In this document: piece after piece, positions 36,806 through 49,155 of the stretch
Numbering within the stretch: the stretch's first letter is position 1
How the letters are laid out: each line of letters begins with the position of its first letter
Assembly (NCBI GenBank): GCA_030295235.1
Contig: AP026172.1
Span: 868,001-932,000 of the forward strand
Direction of reading: 5' to 3'
Length of the DNA stretch: 64,000 nt
Source: Fistulifera solaris
Lineage: Eukaryota
Notes under the pieces: model-generated
Seen by the model: only the letters and a program-made list of their open reading frames with translations
Databases searched by the model: none
Told to the model about the DNA's origin: nothing
Position numbers and translations under genes: made by a program

Positions 36806-39800
36806 CTAATCTATCTCTAGTTCTTCGTCTGGCTCATTTCGAGCACACAGCTGCGATAACGACGGAATGCCTTGACCGGGAACTTTTTCAAACACGGCTT
36901 GCGATAGAGATTGCTTGGTTACGCTGGGGACTCGACAAGTAGGACAACTGGACGAGCGTTGTAGCCATTCCAGCCAACAAGACAAGCATGCCATGTGGCC
37001 GCATTCCGATACAAAGGGTTGCGCACACGAATCGCTGCAGATGGGGCAGGTCAAATCTTTCGGGGCGTTGGAGCGTATCGAACGTCGAATGTCGGAAACT
37101 TTCCTTTGCACGTACACTTCCGATCCAACTTGTTGCAAACATGCTTGCACAGGATCCGTTTTCTTCATGGACGCTACCTGTGAAAGTACTCTATTGGGCT
37201 TGGTGGTAGATGAGACGGGAGCATTTTGCTTTGACATCACCACTGGCTTAGACGGGGGCTTACTTTTGGTCGCGTAAGGATTGATGGTAGTTTTGTTTGA
37301 TGGTGGCTTTGCTGGGAGCGAAATCTCCACTTCGGCAGGTCGCTTGCGAGTGCTGTTCAACGTAACGGCGGCAGGTTTGATGGACTCTGCCGGCTTTGTT
37401 GGGACTAGATTTTCGGGTTCAGCGGGACAGTTACGAGTAATGTACGAACTGATGGTGGGTTTTGCTTTCAATGGCTCACCAACTGATGTTAAAGGTACGA
37501 TAGGAGACCCAGTAGCGGGTTGCATTGTACTGGTAGCCTCGGTCGTAGATTTCACCATGTCCGATGATCCGGCAACTACTATCTCTGGTTTTGACAACGA
37601 CGAGAATCTCGCAAGCGATGATCGCTGAAAAGCTGCACCATCAACAGCTGCTTCTCCACGATTTGCTTTATCCGTCTCGCGAAGTTTTTGGATGTTCCTT
37701 GAAGCAAGAATATCATCAGCGATTGCGCCGGTACACGAATGATATGCTTCTGGAATGATTTTGAGTAGAGCACTAATCATAGACGAAGCCTTCCCTTCAG
37801 CTTTCAGTACGATTTTCAAATTAAATTGAATTTCCCTGAGATATTCTTTTGAAGGCGTCGTTGCAACAGGACTGTCGCACCATAGTGATACGAGCAACGT
37901 ACTGATCCCAGTTTGTATACGTCCGGAATCAAGGTCCGATAGGGCATCTCTGCAGAGTTTCCCAAGGGAGGAGTGTTCATAGACACAATTCATCGCGATA
38001 GATTGAATGTTTGTTCGATGTTGAGATGGCTGTAGCTCGCAAAATAGAAAAATCATCGGTTTCTCCTTTGCCTGGATGGCTTTGTCGAACGCCTCAACTT
38101 GACAGATAATGGAAATAACCGAGCGCACATGGATCATGTAGCCTTTTTCATCTTTGTTCTCACCGCACTGTTTCATCGCCTTTATTAACTTCTTTATTTT
38201 CGATTGTTCTGCGGGCGGAAATTGGTTGGTGAGCTTGTGCATGAAAGATGCAGCAATTGATTTTGACTCAGAAGTACCACGAGTCGGCTTGAGTCGTTTC
38301 GTAGATTCGAACACGCTATCAATAAAAGAACCTCTTTCAAGAGAAATAGACAATGTATTTCCTTTCGCATGACTGTTACCACGCTCTTTCGGTTTATCAA
38401 TATCCTTCATATCAATGCGTGCAATGACTCTCTCTGGCGGAACATAAGAAGAGCCGCCCCTTGCTGATCCAGAGGCCGCAGTACTTTTTGGCACTTCGAT
38501 GTCATTCTTTATGAAAGCAACTTTCGTAATTTCATCCTCCTCTCTTTTGGCTATAGGAGGTAGCGGCTTCTCGTCCTCGTAAGCAAGAGAAACACGAGCC
38601 GTGGATTTTGCTTCCTCCTCTGCGCGCTCTTTGGCTCTTGCTTCAGCGGTCTTAAAAAATTGAATGAGACCTTTATTCGCGACACCGTATCCTTCATCCG
38701 GCTGAACATGAGCGCGCAACCACTTGCTGAGGCCTATCTGGTTTCTCTTGTCTCCAAATCGAGAATCTAGTAGAAGAACAGCGCCATAATCGTTACGGTT
38801 TCGAATAACCCGGCCTATGGCCTGATTGACGGCTCGGTGGGCTTGCTGTGTGTACCAGTCATTTCCGGAAAGTGTGAGAGATGCATCACGTACTGTATTA
38901 CTTCCTGGGTGACCGAAACCACTATCGGTCCTGGGTTTTACGCTTTTGTTTGCGCGGGCCAAATCTATGAACTCCCTTTTCAACTGCACTTTTGCATCGT
39001 GGGATGGAGCGAAAGGAATACCAGTGATGACAACAGCTCGACTCATTTCATTAGCAAAATCAATTCCTTCACTGATCTTTCCACGACATACTCCCATAAG
39101 TATGCACCCTTTCGACTGAGGGAGATCCAGTAAGCGTTTGAATTCTGCCATGGCATCAGAGAGATCGGCTGATGAACGCGGTTCCAGAACAACCGACTTG
39201 CACGATAGCATCCTTTTCCAAGGTGTGTTAGACGGTGCACTACTTGAGAAAGCTGCTGGGATCATTGGGAATGAGTATTGACTTGCCGCCGACTGTTTCT
39301 TTCTAATTCCAAAAAAGTTTTTTCTTCTTGTCTTGATCCGAATAGGACCGCGAAGACGATGGGCCACCCCAGCGTTCAAGACACGTTTCCATGACGCCGT
39401 AAGATGGAAAAAACACTAGCATTCCATCAGGCGTCACTCTCGCGATGTTGACTAGAGTGTTGCCGAGCTCGCTGTAATATTCCCCATCTTGGCGCCGCTG
39501 GTAAGAACTATTAAGGATCTTCCCTGTCACGCCTGTACCGATCACACGAACATGAATTTGATCGTCACCGATGATATGGGGATTTTCAAGAACATTCGGA
39601 AACGGCAACCCTAGCTCCATCGCGTAACTCGGAAGCGGAGACAATGTACCAGATGTGACCAAGATGGACCGCACCTTGAGACCAGCGAGTTCTTCCATTG
39701 CCATTGCCGGCGCAAAGCACCAATAGGAAATCGTTCTACCCGCGTTAGGGTCGGTAGTTTTCGGCGAGACGTGAACTCTATAACAAGCAGCCTTGGCAAC

Positions 39801-41080
39801 ACACCTGGACTCCAGCGGGTGCCCGTAAACGCGTTTCAGGCATTGAATGAAATGCTCCAGCTTAGGCGATCCTCGTGTTGCGCCTGTTCCTCGCATGTCC
39901 ATAATAGCATCATTGATTTTCTTTATTTCCTGGATGAAAAGATCATGGTTGGCATGCGTTATTTTAGCCCCTTGTTGAAAGAAATGCATCATAAATTCAC
40001 CCGAGTAGGCTGTTTGCGGCCCTAAATTCAACAGGTACTCTTCCAAACTAAGAAACAAGGCTTTCAATCGAATAATATTATCCACCTTTAATTGCAGGTC
40101 AGGCAAGGCTTGTACATAATTCAATGCCTTTGTCAGTTCTGCAATGCAGCCGGCGATATCGCCATTCGAGAGGTCAAATGAAGCACTGTCGCTCGCAAAC
40201 GATTCAAGATTGTGGGCTTCATCAAATATTACAACAGCATTCTCCCACGCTAATTCCGCCAGAGTCGTCGTCCGCGAATCTTTGTCGAAAAGATAATTGT
40301 AGGGCATCAAAATGAGTTCGGCGCCTTCGACGAGCGATCGAGTGTAGTAAAACGGGCACACGTTATGATTCTTGCCGACTTCCAGTAATTCTTCAATATC
40401 CATGATCGGTTGTGTACCGCCTCCGCTAGCGGAATCATCCACTGGTAGAGAGAATCGCTCGAGATTGTTTTTGAATCGACATTTCCGATCCTTTCCTAGC
40501 TTATTGCAATCGTGATTGATATCAAAAGACGATGCATGTTGTGTTTTTACCTTTGGATTAACACACATTTGTTCACGTGATCCTAGTTGAACAAAAGATG
40601 AGAAACAGAGTGGCCTTGAAAGTAAGAAAATATCTCGTATACGCACCTAAAATCGCATGTTGTGGCCGGTATCGTGTTGTCCTGAGTTCACGCAACACTT
40701 GCGTCAGCTGAGAATGCGTTCTCGACGCATAAATCACTGTGGGTACGCGTATTTGACGCTGTTTTTGTTGTTGACTTATTTGTGGCTGCTGTTGCATATC
40801 TTCTCGAGGTACATCTTGTGCGGCCAAGTGCACCAAGCGAGCCTGCTCGCGTTGCCAAATAAAGTCGCACAAAGCAAACAGAGTGTTTTCCCAGTTCCAG
40901 TAGGGGACTCGAGCAGTGCATTTTCGGCCCGAAATAATGATTCCATTACCTTCCGCATGTAAGCCTCTTGACATGGGTAAGGTTGAAACGGAAAATGAAC
41001 ATTCACACCGTTAAGTTGAAGAGTTGTTGGTGCGGACGAAGCTCGCCGCCGACGTGTCCCGACGACGACTCGACTTTCCA
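36806..41080 (-). CDS. RTEL1: RTEL1-like Fe-S DEAH helicase (XPD family) with C-terminal RING; intron 40583-40646; frameshifts near 40860 and 39320
   Basis: 'FPFQPYPCQ', '[16 protein letters not shown]', '[11 protein letters not shown]', 'SREQMC', 'CPFY', 'IFDEAHN', 'TSGTLSP', '[11 protein letters not shown]', '[12 protein letters not shown]'; terminal C3HC4 RING. Confidence 0.9.
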
Positions 41081-41267
41081 TTTCTTGTGCTTTTGGCTGA
41101 AAGGATCTCATTTCTTGCGTCTTATTAAAGTTAACGACCTCTCATGCACACGTAATCATGAAAGAGAACAAGAGAAGAAAAGAAATAATGAGGCTGTCAT
41201 TTGCTGCGCGCAATAAAAATGATGGCGAGGCCAAATAAAACCGGACTACCAGAGAACACCACAACAT

Positions 41268-41454
41268 CCAGATTTTCTGGGTACTTGAAAACCAAACAAC
41301 CAGATTTTCTGTGTACAGTACTTGAAAACACCACATGCGACCTTTTGGGCACGCTGAGACAACACATGCCCAGATTATCTGTGGTAATGAAAACCCCAAC
41401 AAACCAGATTTTCTGGGGAAGGAAAAACACCGCAGACTCAGATTTTCTGGGTAC
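41268..41454. repeat. Degenerate ~34-bp tandem array with palindromic core CCAGA-TTT-TCTGG
   Basis: Core copies at 41268, 41300, 41370, 41404 and 41438 (spacings 32, 70, 34, 34), most followed by a GAAAA(A)C.C-like stretch. Confidence 0.65.
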
Positions 41455-42205
41455 GGGAATTTACCATGTTTTCTCAAAGATCCTCATTTTCATTCGCTGA
41501 TCTCCTTTCCAATATTTTTTTTTCTAAAAATCGACACATGATTGCCCGAACTCATTAAGTATTGCATTGCACGTAAGGGTTAGGGTCGTTAGACTATACC
41601 ATACTCAATAATTATTCATTCTGTCATTATGATCCCATCATTCAAAGCAATTATTTTTTCGTTCCTTAATTATTGAGACAAGATGCTTCAAGTCATAGTA
41701 GTAGGAGTATACTCCCTTGTGTCTGTGCAAGATGCGAAAGGCCCTACAAAGTAGAGAGAGGAATCAGGAATCTCGCACGAAACGGAAAATTTTAATGAAT
41801 TTTTAATCGTGGGAGGGCTGCTTCTCGACTCCGTCCAGTGGTGAAGTGACGGTGGGACTAATCTTTCTACTTGCATTTTTATAGTCAAATGTGCATGAGC
41901 GATTACTGTGAAAATTTAAACGCAGAACAAGTTTCCTTCTTGCACGTCCAGCACGCAGGAAGTCCTTGTCGCGCATGCCCACTTCGCGCGGCGACTTTTA
42001 GATGCGCAAGAGTACTATAAAATAAAATAATAATAATAGGTTGACATCCCTTTCTTCTTCGATGGACTACGAGCACGAAAGCAAGACGCGATCTGCTCTA
42101 TGAATACTTTGTATCGTATCGAAATAAGCAAACAAACATTGCTTGCTATCAATTCCATACGTCTTTCGTCCCATCCGCTTCGAATTATATACGAATCTTT
42201 TTAGA

Positions 42206-44232
42206 ATGCGACGACGCTGCGCCTCAGAGTCGTGCTCGTCCACTTGGAGAGCCGAACAAGAAGAATACTTGCGAGAACTTTCGGCACAGCGAGGAGGTGT
42301 CGGCTCAAGATTCTCAAAGCTTGTGAAAGGCCGACTGACGAAAAACAATAACGGTAGCAATTCTACTGATCAGGGCACTACCAGTCGTGACGCTATCAGT
42401 TCTCGTCCTCGAGGGAGTGCTCCTAGCTCGGCATTACGAAGAGATGCTGCGTCGGTGGCATCTCAAAGTCTCGAAGGTATACAATCGCACACATCTAGCT
42501 TAGATACGGTCAAAGCTTCCAACACGAAGGAAGATGAAACAGACGACTCTTCGAAAAAGAAGGGGAAATGGAGTAAATTGAAGCGAATTATGGGAGTAAA
42601 ACCGCCTTCTGAGGGTTTTAATTCTTCAACGCAGACAATTAAACCAGGTTCAAACGGCTTATCGAAGAGCACAAAAAATCCTCTTGCTGCCAAGCGATCT
42701 CGCTCCGTTTCGGCATCCTCAAACCAAGATTTGGAAGATGACGCGATTCGGGGCAAATACGATGGAATTGCTGTCATCGGAATGGGAGGGGCACAGAACG
42801 TATCTTCTGTGTTGTATCCGTTCTATCCGGATGCAATACAGTTTCCAGAGGAGTTTCAAGACTGGCCTCGCCATTCGTTTATAGGAGAGTCTCTTCTTTT
42901 AGCACCAGCAGAGTTAATAGCAAAAACCTTGCAGTCGGAAGTCATGCTCGATGGCTTCACTCCGGGCACAGATGATCGATGGTGCATTCGATTAGAGCAA
43001 CAGCATTTGGCTGTATCACCCAGCAAAACTGCCGATAGTGCCGCTACAAATACCACTTTAACTACCGCAGACAGTTCAGAAGAAGACGGCAGTGCGAAAG
43101 GTACTAGTCAACAGTTATGGAATATGCTATGGGGGCCCGATCCAATCCCCACGACGATGCGAGACTCGCTACGCCGCGGGAATGCAAGTGAGGATCCGAT
43201 TGTTGCGTTAGCAGCCGAATGTGCGGTCCCTATTGATGTGGACGAAGATACATTCATGATTAGTACACGTGAACATTACAATGCTATACTTGAAATTGTT
43301 TCAATACAACTTGCCGAACAAGGAAATCTCGACTTAGCTTTGGGAGTCTTCGACAAAGTTGTCAGAGGATTGGATACGTCCACAGATTACGCATTTCTCA
43401 GAGGGACGACACTGCATAATATAGGGATGGTACATCTTTGTAAAGGAGATTTCTTAAAAGCATTGGAATGTTTTGATCGAGCCGTGGAAGAGCGCACATC
43501 CAATCTTCCTAAAGGCCACCCGGACACTGTGGTGTCAATGGTTTGGAAAGGATCAGTCCACTTTGCACTGAAACAATTCGAGGAAGCTATAACCACGTTG
43601 GAAGATGCACTACCATTGATTCCCAAAGACCATATTGTGGCAGGAAAAGTGAGGAACAATTTGGGCGTGATTTATTACCATTTGAATGACTTTAATCTGG
43701 CCATGAAAGAATTCACGGCCTCTCTGGAAATACAACGAACTTGGTTAGACACAGCCGCAAGAAGGGAACCGTTTGTGCACGGAGCTGCTTCTACTCTTTC
43801 TAACATGGGACGCATCTATCTAGAGCAAGGTAGTCCAGACTTGGCGTGCGAAGTTTACGAAGAAGCTTTACTTTTGCAAAGCACTATCTTTCGGAAGGAT
43901 AACGAAGACGTCATGCAAAGTCTTATGAATCTGTCGATCTCCCATGCACGAGCGGGAAATTCTAAGAAGGCTCTCCAAATTCTTCACGGATGCGTTCGAT
44001 CCACAAATCAACGATACGGGCCGATGAGCGCTCCATCGATGGAGACCATTGGTTTCATGGGTTATATCTACATGAAGCGGAAAGAATTTACCGACAGTAG
44101 CAAATGTCTCACTAGCGTGAAAATATGGCAAAGGATCATTTGGTGGAAAATCACCCCGCCATCGAGCAAACCAGGGACATGCTTGCTGCACTGGGTGATG
44201 TTATTAGCAAAGGCGACAAACTTTGGGTATAA
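42206..44232 (+). CDS. TPR-repeat protein (kinesin-light-chain/nephrocystin-3-like TPR array); frameshift near 44130
   Basis: TPRs 'TLHNIGMVH...ALECFDRA', 'VRNNLGVIY...SLEI', 'TLSNMGRIY...YEEAL'. Adding one A at CAAAGG gives a C-terminus 'KDHLVENHPAIEQTRDML...KLWV*' and removes the overlap with the next gene. Confidence 0.8.
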
Positions 44233-44281
44233 GTCCATCGAGATGTACAATGCATGTAAAAATACATTACAATACATCGTG

Positions 44282-46023
44282 TTAAATTATGTGTTCGTTC
44301 GGAATCTTGGGTTGTTTTGATCCACCAGATGCTCCCATAGTTGCTTTTCTCCTTGAACCAAACCGTTTCTTGTCGGATACATGTGATATCCGGCTACCGA
44401 ACTGAATCGCTCGTTTTACCATCGAGCTAGCTGTCCGGACCCCTAAAAATTCCGCCACGTTTCGTAAGATGCGCTTATCACCGTGCCCAGGTGGAAGGTT
44501 AAAATCACAAACCAAATTCAACGGTAACGCAGCAATGTAAGACATGACATTTGTATCGAGAAAAGGGTATCTCGCCTCAGTTCCATGATCCGATAATACG
44601 CGATCATCACGTCCCAAGTTACGTTCCCACAGTCGCTGCAAATCCAAATCCAGTTCTTTTCGAAGAGCTTTTTCTCCATTCTGGCTCCAAGCTTTCCTGT
44701 GTCTCCCGTAGCCTCCCATTTGTTCATCTGCTCCCAACCCACTCAAAAGCACTCTCGCAGGAGTCGCTGCCTGTGCAGCAAACCACAATGCTGTAGCAAT
44801 ATTGAGATCCATAGTACCGTCTTTTGGATGAATCAAAGCTCGAACATGCGTTTCAATGTTTTGAATTTCATTCCAATCCACTTGATGCGGAATAAATCGT
44901 AAATTGGAATGCTCCGGATACAATTGTCGGAGTTCTTGGTAGGAGAGTAGCGCAGCTTGCGTATCAGCAGCATCGGAAGAAAGATTTGCGGTACCATTGG
45001 ATACCGACGAATGCATCTCGACAAATGATACGTTCACAAGTAAAACAGAGAATGTCGGCGGAACTATTTTTAATGCCAATGCTGCCAACACAACGGAATC
45101 TAATCCACCCGAAAATAAAATGGCTACCGACTTTGTGTGCAACGGTATTCGCCTTCGAACAGCCATTTCTAAGAATTCCATCAATTGCCAAGCAGCTACT
45201 TCAAATGAATTGGGAAGAGTTGAAACGGCGAATGGCAGTACGGCAAATGGTTGAGGTGCCCAAAAGCGATTCTCTCGCCATGCATAGCCATGCACCATAC
45301 CCGGTGATACTTCTTTCCAGAGGCGCACCGTGTCTGTAGCCACGGAACTTAATTCAAAAGCCATATAGGCAGATTCAATATTTTCATTGCCGTCAAATAC
45401 GTCTTGTTGTGATCTGTTGATTGTTGAAACAGGATGATGACATGCGAGGAGTGATCGCCGACCCAGAGGATCTCTTCCGTAATAAACCGCAGTTGGCGTT
45501 ACTACGCAAAACGCGTATTCAGCATTGATCAATGTCGAGCAGTAGTACGCTATTCGTTTCATGATTCGTATGGGATCGTCGTTGTCGTCGTCGTCGTCGT
45601 CGTTGAATTCTAGCACTATCGAGCGAATGGCATCCGCAATAAGAGATGTATCACTCACATCGTCATGCCACACCTCGCTCACTGTATCGTCAAGCTCAGC
45701 ATTACTTGATAAGCTCTGCTGCTGATAAAGTTCTCCATTCCAAGAGACAAACGGCGGGGTTTCAAAAACAGGCTGAGCTACAAATGCACCGCGCAACTGT
45801 AGAACCGAAGCTTGTAAAACGACGCGGCAGTCGTCATGTCCCAAAATTGCTCTCCACAACCATCCGGTCCTCTACGTCGTAATGATTGTGGAAAAGAATC
45901 ACTTGTGGTGCAATCGATGTTGTCTATTTCTGGCGCGTTTTTCTCATGGCTATCCTGTTGTTTCCTCAACGAAGCTGCAAATAAAGCCTGCTGTTTGAGT
46001 ACAAACAACCGAATGCCACACAT
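44282..46023 (-). CDS. ASNSD1: Asparagine synthetase domain-containing protein 1; frameshift near 45845
   Basis: N-terminal MCGI, 'LRRRGPD', 'SVLQLRG', 'WNGE', 'GRDPLGRRSLL', 'ILFSGGLDS', 'LSGLGADEQMGGY', 'RNLGRDDR', 'KRAIQFGSR'. Confidence 0.92.
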
Positions 46024-46352
46024 TCTACTGAGCTTTCCTTAACAATTACGTGAAGGAAACACAAGGGAGGGTGTGACAACTTTATTTCATGGATAATAGG
46101 TCGATTGGAAAAACAACAACGAATTCATTCAGTTTTTGTCATTATTATTTTTGCGTCTCGATATAATACGGTATAGCCATAATTCTGTTCGTGAATGAGA
46201 GAACGAAGCGCGATTGCAAAAATATACTATACTTTGTATAATGCGACCCCATTCGCATTCGCGAGGCCGTAAAAGGTGAAGTAGTGACCATTAAAATGTT
46301 TTAACATCACTATTCCGTCTTTAATTGAAGATCAGCATACCAACAAGCCAAA

Positions 46353-47342
46353 ATGATCTTAATACAAAGAGCTTGCGTCAAGCATCGACCTACTGCTTTG
46401 CTGCGTGTGAAGATAGGAAATGCTATCAGTCAACATCAACATCTGAGGTCGCTTTCTCAAATGCCCGTTTCTACTGTTTTCAATCATTCATTTCAGCCTA
46501 CCCGGTCCTTTTTCTTTCTCTTCTATCTTTGATACGAAATACAACAATAACGATCATCGTCATGAAGGAATCGAAATGCATCCGCAATCGATCAGTAATC
46601 AAATTCAACCGGGTAATTTCATCATTCGTCCGGGGCCGACGCAAAAGAAGCGATACACCGAATTTGTTTATGGATATTTCTGGATGCTCAAAGACTTGTC
46701 GAAATCAAATGAGAAGCCTATATTATCGAATATTGAACTAATACCTGAAACAAAAGCCAAAACCTTTCCCCGACTAACGCAAATCACATCCTTGACCGGA
46801 CAGGTGGTAAACCTACCCGAGTACCTTTGGCGGAAGAACCGGACAATGGATGCCCACGCACAGTGCACGGTTGTGGCAGTGAGCTTTCGGGACTTTGGCT
46901 ATCAGTTGTTATCGAGTTGGTTGAATCCTTTCCGAGAAGCCTTTGCCGAAAGCAACAAAAGGATCGTGTCGAAGTTATTCGATTGAATATTTCGGAAGGA
47001 TGGTTTCATAAGTACATTCTGAAAGGATTCATTCTAGGTCTCACAAAAAATAATACTCCAGCACAAGAGCACGATCATACCTTTGTCTATTTCGGTAGCA
47101 GTCAGCAGTTGGAGATTTTTCGAGATTCCTTGCGCATGCACAATGCGATGACGGGTTACGTCTTTCTTTTGGATGGATTGGGACGGGTCCGCTTTGCGGG
47201 ATGTGGTCCAGCCAATGATGAAGAAGTCGAGCGGCTGGTAGGAATGGCGAACGAGTTGATGTCGCCTGCCAAATTCGATTGGAGTGCGGCGCGGTTCTCT
47301 CCGGGGCGAAGTATCACCAACAAACGACCGAAACGTAGATAA
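46353..47342 (+). CDS. ATP10: Mitochondrial ATPase assembly factor Atp10; frameshifts near 46510 and 46960
   Basis: Arg-rich presequence from ATG 46353; 'AKTFP', 'SW..PF', 'RDSLRMHNAMTGYVFLLDGLGRVRFAGCGPA..EE' matches the Atp10 C-terminus. Confidence 0.82.
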
Positions 47343-47379
47343 ATCGAACACGCATAAAAAGTGACTTCAACTAGCAAAT

Positions 47380-48093
47380 TTATTTCAATGTTGCTCCGTC
47401 GTAGTTGCAACCTTCATGAACCACATCTTTCATATTCGCGGTACAGATACCCAGCTCAAGTGCCTTGGCCTCCATGGCATCGATGGTGGAGGGGTCGGGA
47501 CTTTGTGCTCGCGTGAAGAACCACAAACCTTGTCCATTTCCAACACAGGGTAAAAATCCGATTTTGCAATCTTCTCGCAACGTACACAGGGACGAATCTT
47601 CCGAGCAAGCTCCTTCCTGATCGGGTTGTCCGGCCGTGACGATGGCCCATTCGTAATCCGGATCAAAAGCCACCACCCAGTAGTCACCTCCCAAGGACGC
47701 TGGTACGTAACATGGTGCGACGCGAAGTTCTGCTGGTTTGCGGAATCGAAATCGCGGTGTCGCGCATAGCTTGAAGTCTCCATTCGGACTTGGTCCGTTA
47801 ACAGCGCCACTGTTGGCATAATTGCGGACTGTGATGGCTCGTCGACCCCATTGACGATCGCCTTCTTTGCTGTAGGTGGCAACGATGCAATACAAATCAT
47901 CTTCGGGTTGATACGTATTGGTTTGCTGGCGTTGTATGTACCAACTTTTCTCAATGTATTTGTCAACATCAAAGTCATCCGGTGTCTCGATCTTCGTGCA
48001 GCTATTCCCAAACAAGCGGGCGTTTGCCGGTGCACAGCAAAGAGCAGCGGAAAAGAGGAGAAAGTATGGTCTCATAAGGCCATTCATCATCAT
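47380..48093 (-). CDS. Secreted lipocalin-family protein
   Basis: Signal peptide; 'FDVDKY...WY' (SCR1), 'CIVATYS', 'GDYWVVAFDPDYEWAIV' (SCR2), 'GLWFFTR' (SCR3). Confidence 0.8.
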   Translation of the reverse strand: MMMNGLMRPYFLLFSAALCCAPANARLFGNSCTKIETPDDFDVDKYIEKSWYIQRQQTNTYQPEDDLYCIVATYSKEGDRQWGRRAITVRNYANSGAVNGPSPNGDFKLCATPRFRFRKPAELRVAPCYVPASLGGDYWVVAFDPDYEWAIVTAGQPDQEGACSEDSSLCTLREDCKIGFLPCVGNGQGLWFFTRAQSPDPSTIDAMEAKALELGICTANMKDVVHEGCNYDGATLK

Positions 48094-49155
48094 GTTGCTG
48101 TAAAGTGAAGAGGAAAAGGTTCACACGAAATTATGAGTCGGCAGTTCAAGAAACTGCAATGGGCGATGGGAAGAGATTACTCCGTAGAAACGATTGGAAT
48201 GTTCGAGCGAAGCCCTCGTCAGCTCCTTTTTCTGACGTGTATTTGCAACCAATCGCACATTCAAATACGAACCACGACTATTGCATAGTACGGAGTAAAG
48301 AACACGTTTTGCTTACTCTCCGATTAGTAGAAATTTAGTCCCAGAAAAACGTCAATCCGAAACTCCTTCTTACAAAGTACATACTTTGTTGTGGTAAGGT
48401 TAAGGCTCATCACTGACACTGACCCTGCCATCAACCATCAAACAAACGATCTCGAACTTGACGACCGGTACCGATACCGGTACGGTACCAGTAAGCTATG
48501 AGACTTTGGATGTTCAGCTACGATATGAAAAAAGCAGCTGGGAGCAAAGAATTTTTCTAATAACGGCCTAAATTCGTCAATTGCAAGACCTGATTCATGA
48601 CTGACGTCCATTCACGGTAAAGTTGAGACTAAATTATGGGAGTGCAGTTGTATTCGGACGAGCACAATCCGCACCGTATCTCGCCTTAAAAAGGTGAGGC
48701 GTGAGAAGATAATGAAGCGCATCTCTCATTGGGCTATCTTTTTCTTTACATGTAGAACCGGTGAAAGGTCTTGAAACTTAAGTGTGGAGTGAAAATCATC
48801 ATATTATACAACTGTGATCCATGACTGAAAAACAGTCGTGATTTCATTCCGTAAACACCGAAGGTTTCGTGATTTCGTTCACAGTAAACACCGACGATGA
48901 AAATGCTCTTAATGATAAACCCATCTTTAAACAAAGCTATTCAAGCTTCTATAGATTACAGAACGGATTGGTACTCCGGTAGAATTTGCAGTCGCTTCGG
49001 ACCCTTCCAATTTTCATTCGATATTTGATGTGCAGTCGGAAATAGGTTTCCGTCATCAATCCCGTTTCCAACCAAGCACACGGAATAGCTTGTTTTTTAA
49101 ATTAAGCAATTCATTCTATCTTAGGCGTGAAAAACAAACTATGCTTCTTAGTTTC

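Noticed and set aside
41268..41454. Mini-CRISPR reading of the palindromic 34-bp array
   Set aside because: Core is only 13 bp, the intervening sequences resemble each other, and the context is eukaryotic with no cas genes.
44282..44320. Apparent 3' overlap of the TPR and ASNSD1 coding regions
   Set aside because: Disappears when the homopolymer frameshift near 44130 is corrected (TPR stop at 44232).
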